From positions 536,935 through 600,934 of the forward strand of contig OZ246395.1 of the NCBI GenBank assembly GCA_965230915.1: a DNA stretch of 64,000 bases, read 5' to 3'. Shown piece after piece: positions 57,496 to 64,000 of this stretch. Source of the DNA: an uncultured Candidatus Saccharibacteria bacterium (GTDB lineage Bacteria; Patescibacteriota; WWE3; 2-01-FULL-39-13). The notes under the pieces are model-generated. The model worked only from the letters and a program-made list of their open reading frames with translations. It did not search any database and had not been told where the DNA came from. The translations under genes were made by a program, and so were the position numbers. The stretch's first letter is position 1; every line of letters begins with the position of its first letter.

Positions 57496-60030
57496 ATGTT
57501 TGCTAAAGCATTAAAGATTTGCTTTGTAGCTGTTGTAATTTCAATACTATCCTTCACACAAATTATCTTTGCGCAAGAGCCCAAAGTACAAGTTTTTTTG
57601 CCTGTAATATCAGGTGGAATTGCGCAAGAGTCAGAAGAAGATTTATTCGATGCTGAATATGAACAAATAAAGGTTCTACTTGAAAAAGAGCTTCGTAACA
57701 CTATTCCAAATATCCAATATAACAACCATAGTTACAATTGGATTAGACAAGACGATGACTGGATTTACGGGTATGTACTTGCAAGTATTAATCAATCTGC
57801 TCAACCAGACGGATATATTTTCTTAGTAAACAAACTGGAAAATAATATTTCAGTTGCATATATGTATACTCAGAAATTTGATGAATGGGTCGATCTTCTG
57901 CCGGATAATATTATACCGGCTGAGCGTCAAAAATATTTCTATTCATCAGCAAAATCCGCACACATTGCAGGTGATCTAGCTAGCGACTCATCTAGTGACC
58001 CCCAACTTTCGTTTCCATGGAGAGAGGGTTATTCTTGGAGATTCAATGGCGGCCCACACAATAATGCTGGCTCCGGAGTTACTAAGGAACCTTGGTCGGG
58101 TTTAGACTTTGGAATTCCTTACCAATCTGCAACTTCTGATCCAACCGACACTACGGTTGTAACATCCAGAGATGGATATGTATTAATTATTGAACCAAAT
58201 TGCGCCGTAACAATAGGATATGAAGATGGGTGGTCATTAAGATACCTTCACGTTAGTGAAATTACAGTATTCGAAGGACAATTTATTGAAAGAGGGACAA
58301 AGATAGCAAAAGTTGATACCGACAACCCATGTTATTTAGGCCCAGAGGATGGACCACATTTACACCTCGGCCTAAAATACAATGGAGATTTTACAGATTT
58401 TGATGGTAAATATATCGGCGGATGGTTGGTTAATAAGAGCACTTCTATATATCAAGGAACCTTAACCCTTGGTTCTATTGCCACCCTACCGGCATCGAGC
58501 ACAAAAGTTGGAAGAGGCTCTAGTTATGTAGAAAATAGGGGTTTCATTGGGAGCCAATGGTTTATTGGACCTGTCGTTTATAAAAAGCCAACTGTCGGAG
58601 TAGGCGTCTGTATAGAACCGAATTCATGCTACCAACTAAATACTGGTTCTGTATTACAAACTTCTTCAACCAACCAAATCAGCTATATAATGCCAGCTAA
58701 AGGCTATATGGTTGAATTCCGCAAGGATATGACACTAAATATTTCAACAGCTAATACTGATGCAACAAACGTGAATTTTAGCTGTCTTGATTTTGATGTA
58801 ACCGATTTTCAAAATTATAACTTTCCTAACACTAACCTTAAACTAAAGGACTACTCTACCGACATACAAATCCAACAAGGAACATGTAACCCAAATGACC
58901 GGCCAACAAAAACAGGATCAACAACATCACCTACAAATCCGACACCGACAGAACCATCGACAAATTATGGATGTAACAACCAAACAACAGGAGTCAAATT
59001 CCTAAATAACTCAGGTAGCTGCTTCTATATGACCGCCGGCAAAGCTAGCCTTCCATTTAGCCCAACCAAAATTGAAGTACTAGATACGGTTCGGAAATAC
59101 GATATATCGATATGCAATGCAAAGGGAGAATGCGACGAATTCAACAATAGCGCAAGCATCGACCACTCATCTGTATCACGCCCTTTTACAAGAGTTGAAG
59201 TAACTCCTCAAGGATTAGTAAGCAGTGATGCGGTGGGTTCATGCAAAACGAGTACAGGGCGTAAAGTCCAGTTTTCAACAATGCAAAATGGCGTAAAGTA
59301 TTACACCGATCGAAGCTATACAGTTAAGAATGTGGATAAACTTGAATTGATTGGCATGAAGTTTCTGATGACGCCAAATGATGATAAATATAATGGTGAT
59401 CCAGAATACATTACGTGCGACATCAAAAAGACCACACAAATTGTAATAGCAATAGATGGCCGTGTTAGAACTTTATCGAGCTGGATGAGAAGCATGCCAT
59501 ACGAGCGAATGAATCGTGAAATCGGAGTCACTGACAACGATATGCAACACTTCGACCTGTATGCATGTACACAAAAAGCTGGCTACAAATTAAGACTTGG
59601 GGGACCTCAATCCGATGGATCAAGCAACATAAAAAGCAACTACATCATTATATTCCGAGATGCAGCCCAAGAAAAAGCTACTGACTGTTCGGCAAAGTTT
59701 AATGTTCCCCCAGACCAACCAGTGCTCAAAAGTGTTGAAGTCACAACGACTTTAACATCTGCGCCACTTCTCGAATGGAGCATGTCGGATAGAAACTTCA
59801 CAGACGACTATCTCGAAGCTTATGTAAAAGTATGGAAGGATGACCAGCTTATAAGTACACCTGATTGGCTACCAATTGGTGTAACACAATGGATTCCTTT
59901 GTGGAATGACCCGGGTTCATATAGAGCCCAGGTAGTTGTGCGCGACAGCAAAGGAATCGAAGTACTTTCGAATGAGATACAATACCAACTTTCAGCACCA
60001 ATTGAAGCTTGTGTTGTTTATACAAACTAG
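57496..60030 (+). CDS. secreted multidomain M23 (LasA-like) peptidase
   Basis: Signal peptide; FPW, GGPH, WSGLDF, RYLHV, GPHLHLG zinc motifs; Thr/Pro linker; Cys-containing C-terminal domains; GAAAGGA SD. Confidence 0.85.
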   Translation: MFAKALKICFVAVVISILSFTQIIFAQEPKVQVFLPVISGGIAQESEEDLFDAEYEQIKVLLEKELRNTIPNIQYNNHSYNWIRQDDDWIYGYVLASINQSAQPDGYIFLVNKLENNISVAYMYTQKFDEWVDLLPDNIIPAERQKYFYSSAKSAHIAGDLASDSSSDPQLSFPWREGYSWRFNGGPHNNAGSGVTKEPWSGLDFGIPYQSATSDPTDTTVVTSRDGYVLIIEPNCAVTIGYEDGWSLRYLHVSEITVFEGQFIERGTKIAKVDTDNPCYLGPEDGPHLHLGLKYNGDFTDFDGKYIGGWLVNKSTSIYQGTLTLGSIATLPASSTKVGRGSSYVENRGFIGSQWFIGPVVYKKPTVGVGVCIEPNSCYQLNTGSVLQTSSTNQISYIMPAKGYMVEFRKDMTLNISTANTDATNVNFSCLDFDVTDFQNYNFPNTNLKLKDYSTDIQIQQGTCNPNDRPTKTGSTTSPTNPTPTEPSTNYGCNNQTTGVKFLNNSGSCFYMTAGKASLPFSPTKIEVLDTVRKYDISICNAKGECDEFNNSASIDHSSVSRPFTRVEVTPQGLVSSDAVGSCKTSTGRKVQFSTMQNGVKYYTDRSYTVKNVDKLELIGMKFLMTPNDDKYNGDPEYITCDIKKTTQIVIAIDGRVRTLSSWMRSMPYERMNREIGVTDNDMQHFDLYACTQKAGYKLRLGGPQSDGSSNIKSNYIIIFRDAAQEKATDCSAKFNVPPDQPVLKSVEVTTTLTSAPLLEWSMSDRNFTDDYLEAYVKVWKDDQLISTPDWLPIGVTQWIPLWNDPGSYRAQVVVRDSKGIEVLSNEIQYQLSAPIEACVVYTN

Positions 60031-60049
60031 TTTGAATTAGTTGAAAATG

Positions 60050-60116
60050 CCAGAAGTGGAGAAAACTTAATCTATCCTAATCGGATAAATTAAATCTCTG
60101 CTTCTGGTTCTTTTTT
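60050..60116 (+). terminator. long nested hairpin terminator after M23 gene
   Basis: CCAGAAGTGGAGA/TCTCTGCTTCTGG outer stem, inner TTAATCTATCC/GGATAAATTAA, then TTCTTTTTT. Confidence 0.7.
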
Positions 60117-60120
60117 ACAT

Positions 60121-60690
60121 TTACTTAAGAGTAAATTGCAAAACCGAAGCTCCCAAAGCTGAAGCTTGATCAGCAGATGCGACCTTAAAATAAGCCGTTT
60201 TAGCTGAATATAAATTCTTATCTTCGCTATCTGGGTACCAAAGATACTTAGCGATCATTACTGCAGCATCTGATGTTCCAGGAATTGGAGTTTCAACAAC
60301 AATTTCACATCCTTCCCCACCGGTTTCTCCTTTAGATGTACCAACTGTAATCTCATCATTTGATGTTTGTCTGAATCCCTCACTAAAAGCTTCACAAGCT
60401 TTATAGTTTGTTTGGCCAAAACCAGGTCCAGCTTGCACTGATACCCAAATTCTTTCTGCCTGAACGGCTTTGGTATTGGGGTTTTCGTATACAGAAATTT
60501 CTCCGTTTTCCGGGGTTATTGAAGTATAAGTTGATGGATAATAAAAAGCGTAATTATCTCCCGATTCTATTTTAAATAGAGGCTGGTTGGCTTCTTGGAC
60601 ATCTCTTTTCATGCCCCGCATAATAAAAAGTACAAAACCTCCTATGACTACAGCAATAATCAATAGGGTTATTATAATTTTTTTATTCAT
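60121..60690 (-). CDS. membrane-anchored hypothetical protein (possible PsbP-like fold)
   Basis: Start MNKKIIIT; N-terminal TM; YAFYYP motif. Confidence 0.7.
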   Translation of the reverse strand: MNKKIIITLLIIAVVIGGFVLFIMRGMKRDVQEANQPLFKIESGDNYAFYYPSTYTSITPENGEISVYENPNTKAVQAERIWVSVQAGPGFGQTNYKACEAFSEGFRQTSNDEITVGTSKGETGGEGCEIVVETPIPGTSDAAVMIAKYLWYPDSEDKNLYSAKTAYFKVASADQASALGASVLQFTLK

Positions 60691-60736
60691 ATAAAAAGTA
60701 TCAGGGATTTTAAAGCTAATTACAACGAGTAGAAAT

Positions 60737-60780
60737 AAAAAAACCGCCGCAAGGTGTAGATAAAAACACCTCACGGCGGT
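60737..60780 (-). terminator. intrinsic terminator
   Basis: A-tract then ACCGCCG-CA-AGGTGT...ACACCT-CA-CGGCGGT. Confidence 0.7.
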
Positions 60781-60792
60781 CAGACTCTATGA

Positions 60793-61143
60793 TCAGTAAT
60801 ACCGATTTGGGTAATCCCTCGGCGGTTGCGTCACATAAAGCAGATTCTCGGCCAAGTTCTGTTCAAATCGCCCATTGAGCAGAATGAAAACCTCTCCGAG
60901 TGGTCTCTCGAGCGTAACGATGTTATGCTCGTCAGGTGTTACATGCAGCCAAAGTATTCCGCCGCTAGTAAACCATTCAGCACCGGGTGTGTGACCCGAC
61001 GTCGAATATTGAGTCTCGAGATACCCCCACATAAAAGGGTTTTTCTTATATTCTTCTCGAAACTTGATTAACGCAGCCTCGACCTTTTTGGCCCATTCGT
61101 TCCGCAGCTCTGTGGCCTTTGCCTTCGATTCTTTGGTAATCAT
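60793..61143 (-). CDS. orphan hypothetical protein
   Basis: GGAGGGG SD; ATGA-type overlap with upstream gene. Confidence 0.7.
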   Translation of the reverse strand: MITKESKAKATELRNEWAKKVEAALIKFREEYKKNPFMWGYLETQYSTSGHTPGAEWFTSGGILWLHVTPDEHNIVTLERPLGEVFILLNGRFEQNLAENLLYVTQPPRDYPNRYY

Positions 61144-61577
61144 TCCCCCTCCATATTGAAGTTTTTTACCACAGCATCCAGAATCGGACGATGGGCGGAC
61201 TGCAGGTCAGACGCAATCTTGATATGCGCGGAATCGCTCTTTTCCTGCAAACCAAACAACACCAAAATTTCATTAATGGCAGGCCCAGTTGCGGGATATT
61301 TGCCATATTGATCACCGCGAACGATGATCTTATATTCTCCGTCCTTATCGGCCTCGTAGCAGAACATTACTAAACCTGCGCCGTTCAACCGATACCCACC
61401 GGGGTCAATAACGATGCTGATAGCGATCTCGTGGATGCTCTTCTTCAACAATTCCTTCACCAACTTATCACACGGTGGAATGGTACCTTTCTCCGCTTCC
61501 GGATGCATCATGGTGGTGAAAATAAGAATCGCCTTCAAAGCCTCAACAAGTTTACCCAACCTCTTTAGAGTCAACAT
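61140..61577 (-). CDS. orphan hypothetical protein, paralog B
   Basis: AAAGGA SD; RLNG.GL...DQY..YP.TGPA.N motif. Confidence 0.75.
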   Translation of the reverse strand: MLTLKRLGKLVEALKAILIFTTMMHPEAEKGTIPPCDKLVKELLKKSIHEIAISIVIDPGGYRLNGAGLVMFCYEADKDGEYKIIVRGDQYGKYPATGPAINEILVLFGLQEKSDSAHIKIASDLQSAHRPILDAVVKNFNMEGE

Positions 61578-61630
61578 CTTCGGTTCCTTTTCTATTGGGA
61601 TGGCTTTATTCGCACACGAAAACTGGGTGC

Positions 61631-61659
61631 ATTATATATTTATTAACGAAAGTAGTCAA
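61631..61659 (-). promoter_or_regulatory. sigma70 promoter
   Basis: TTGACT-N17-TATAAT on the minus strand. Confidence 0.75.
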
Positions 61660-61682
61660 TACTATGGGACTAGTGGCGGACC
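61655..61682. repeat. degenerate direct repeat of tRNA-Ala 3' end plus downstream flank
   Basis: GTCAATACTATGGGACTAGTGGCGGACC versus GTCAATACTATAGGACTAATGGTGGACC at 62346-62373 (25/28 identical). Confidence 0.85.
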
Positions 61683-61877
61683 TTAAAGAACTTAATTGGA
61701 ATCGGATTTTTGAGTTTATATTGAAATTTGTGTAGTTTTCGACTTGATCTTCCCAAGTCTCATCAGTCACTAAGTGAGAACTACTCCAACGTTATCTCTT
61801 TATTTTTTAAAAATTCCGATATTCCGGAAAAAGAGAAGCCACGTTGGCGGCAAGCTTTTCAGCTTTTGAGAAACTAT

Positions 61878-62255
61878 CTACGCCGAATTTTTCACCAGCA
61901 ATTCTTTGAGCCGAGATTCTGGCTTGGGTTGCAAGTGATACTGCTGAAGAACAGCGTTCAACGCTGGACCGGTTTTCGGATAATGGCTGTACTGATCGTA
62001 ATCAAGTACACGAAGCGTTTCTTCGCTCTCGTTATATCCCAGGCGGAGACCCGATCCGTTCAATCGGAAGTCGCGTTGCTGCAAAATTTGCAATGCTGTT
62101 GCTTCAAGGCCAATGCGGGTCGCAGTGTTGATCAAAGCCGAACATGCTGGACCGAAAGTGATCTCTTCCTGGGAACAACGTTGCCCAAGAGCAATCATTT
62201 CTGGTAATGCATTGACCAAATTCTGAAGTGTTACTTCATTCACTGGACGGGACAT
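61878..62255 (-). CDS. orphan hypothetical protein, paralog A
   Basis: AAAGGA SD; RLNG.GL...DQY..YP.TGPA.N motif. Confidence 0.75.
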   Translation of the reverse strand: MSRPVNEVTLQNLVNALPEMIALGQRCSQEEITFGPACSALINTATRIGLEATALQILQQRDFRLNGSGLRLGYNESEETLRVLDYDQYSHYPKTGPALNAVLQQYHLQPKPESRLKELLVKNSA

Positions 62256-62321
62256 GTAGATATTCCTTTGTTAAATGTTCTAAGCACAATATTCATGCAA
62301 GCATAGCAAGAATTAGTTGAT

Positions 62322-62350
62322 ATTATACGTTTTTTTGCGAAAATTGTCAA
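62322..62350 (-). promoter_or_regulatory. consensus sigma70 promoter
   Basis: Perfect TTGACA-N17-TATAAT on the minus strand. Confidence 0.8.
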
Positions 62351-62364
62351 TACTATAGGACTAA

Positions 62365-62441
62365 TGGTGGACCGAATGGGACTTGAACCCATGACCCCTT
62401 CCATGCCATGGAAGTGCTCTGGCCAACTGAGCTACCGGCCC
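62365..62441 (-). tRNA. tRNA-Ala(GGC)
   Basis: Reverse complement GGGCCGGTAGCTCAGTTGG...ATGGCAT...CGGTCCACCA; G3:U70 identity pair. Confidence 0.95.
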
Positions 62442-62737
62442 GCGTTTACGCGATTTCTAACAAGTCCCAATTATACGCGAATTTATAATTCTCTGCTAAT
62501 TATGGTGTTGTCTGCGATTCGCTCGTTGGGAATGGCCGACCTTCTGGCTGGTCGAATTGCTCAAACATAGTGCTGCTCATTCTTATGCTCGATAAGATTA
62601 TTAAAATTATGACGATTATAGGAAGTAGGATTATGTACCACCAGCTGTCTTTGTTCATATTCATATAATAGATATGTACCAGTGTGAATTCAAGTAACTA
62701 TCTAGCTCAACTTCACAAATTATATATAATAGATTTA

Positions 62738-64000
62738 ATGCCACTTAATCCTGAAGGAAATTCCGAAGTAGAATCAATAATTCCAGCTAACGAACCAACC
62801 CCACAAATAAGGCCAAATCAATTCACATTACAAAACGATGTAATTCCAGATCAATTTGTTGCCTTACCGCTTACGGCAGATGTAGACCCAGCAACAGAGA
62901 CAAATCCAAGTGATTTTAGAATGATGAACCAATCTAGTCCAATTCCGAACCAATACGAGCTGGTAGCACGACCAAAAGTAACAAGCATTTCGCCTACTAC
63001 TGCCGAGAGAGCCTACGAATCTAGAGCTGCTGCTCCGCAAGTAGCACCTAATAGGCCAAAGAAATTCGATCTTATAAACGAATCTCGTCCAATCGATAAA
63101 AGGTTTCAGCTACAAGAAGCACCTAAACCAGAGAGTAAACCAACAGCCATAGAGCAAATGAACCCGGAATATTGGGGCGGAATATATGGTCGAATAAACC
63201 ACAAGCAAATAGTCGCAGAATACCTGGAAAACAGAAAAAAGCCTGTAACAGACGAAGATAGAATGCCAGAGTGGAGCGCACTCGTAAAACTTAAAGGGCT
63301 GATCGATTATTCAATAATAACAAAGGACTTAAGTAACCCTAAACTCCGAAGGAAGCCTGCAATATTTACTAATTATGCGTCTATTGCTGCAGACAGAGGA
63401 AGATATGACCCAAAAGAATTAGAAAAAAGAGGGATTTTATTACCTAATAATAACCAATTCAACATACTAGATGAGAGAGAAACAGATCCGCAAGCGAGAG
63501 AAAGATTTATTAGAGACTTCAAAAGAGAAGTGGATGAACTATGCGAGCTACAAGATACCTATAAAAAGGTTAAGCGTAGAATCTTAGATGATTTCGACGA
63601 CGAAGATTGGTCAGATACATTAGATTATTTAAATAACATGTTATTTGGAGCCGCTGCTAAAGAAAATCTGGATTTTAATATGATATCCGCTCTTAGAATG
63701 GTTCTTCCTAGCATAAGAGAGGATTTAATAAAGCATGGTCAACTGCCTGATATGGCCGCCGAGCAAGCAGAAACCCGGCGAAGACACCAAGAAGCAAAAT
63801 CATTCGATTATAAGTCGGTACCATATGAAATAACTATGCAGGCTGATGCAACTATGATACCTATAGCTAATGAACCTATGGTACGCGATGTCCTAGCAAA
63901 AACTATTCCTGGATACTTTCACGGATTTCTAGACAAAATTGAATTTAATAGAAATGGCCGAAGCAGAGTCATAAACGGTGAAGAATATGTTACACGTGGA
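62738..64000 (+). CDS. large hypothetical protein, runs off window end
   Basis: Open frame from ATG 62738 (MPLNPEGNSEVES...) to the window end; Pro-rich N-terminus; TATAAT 7 nt upstream. Confidence 0.75.
   Translation, partial: MPLNPEGNSEVESIIPANEPTPQIRPNQFTLQNDVIPDQFVALPLTADVDPATETNPSDFRMMNQSSPIPNQYELVARPKVTSISPTTAERAYESRAAAPQVAPNRPKKFDLINESRPIDKRFQLQEAPKPESKPTAIEQMNPEYWGGIYGRINHKQIVAEYLENRKKPVTDEDRMPEWSALVKLKGLIDYSIITKDLSNPKLRRKPAIFTNYASIAADRGRYDPKELEKRGILLPNNNQFNILDERETDPQARERFIRDFKREVDELCELQDTYKKVKRRILDDFDDEDWSDTLDYLNNMLFGAAAKENLDFNMISALRMVLPSIREDLIKHGQLPDMAAEQAETRRRHQEAKSFDYKSVPYEITMQADATMIPIANEPMVRDVLAKTIPGYFHGFLDKIEFNRNGRSRVINGEEYVTRG

Noticed and set aside
61728-62207. 159-aa plus-strand ORF
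   Set aside because: Antisense to paralog A, which has promoter, SD and paralog support
62400-62420. Palindromic anticodon arm (A32-U38) of tRNA-Ala(GGC)
   Set aside because: A known conserved feature of this isoacceptor
62500-62580. 26-codon minus-strand ORF upstream of tRNA-Ala
   Set aside because: Too short, no convincing SD; cannot be supported

Overview
AT-rich bacterial chromosomal segment. Its gene content and style (archaeal-type TyrRS, Elp3, stand-alone SWIB, GT-C glycosyltransferases, apparently leaderless core genes) suggest a Patescibacteria/CPR organism; this is inference, not a database result. Core genes: tyrS, DEAD-box helicase, tsaE-tsaD, rplS, ClpE-like ATPase (with CIRCE-like operator), dnaE, gatCAB, htpX-lemA, pgl, lepB, rplU-rpmA, five tRNAs (His, Asp, Gly, Thr, Ala) and envelope-glycan genes. 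No IS, integrase, CRISPR array or rRNA is visible. Highlights: (1) a Trm9/ALKBH8-like methyltransferase head-to-head (4 bp) with Elp3, a candidate eukaryote/archaea-type mcm5U34 pathway in a bacterium; (2) BpsA plus SpeD, a branched-polyamine pair; (3) an MtrA-like/thymidylate synthase/DUF4346 fusion; (4) an M23 peptidase preceded by a stand-alone copy of its own N-terminal domain; (5) a tandem paralog unit anchored on a duplicated tRNA-Ala 3' end; (6) many self-contained orphan islets (promoter, SD, gene, long hairpin) among leaderless core genes.
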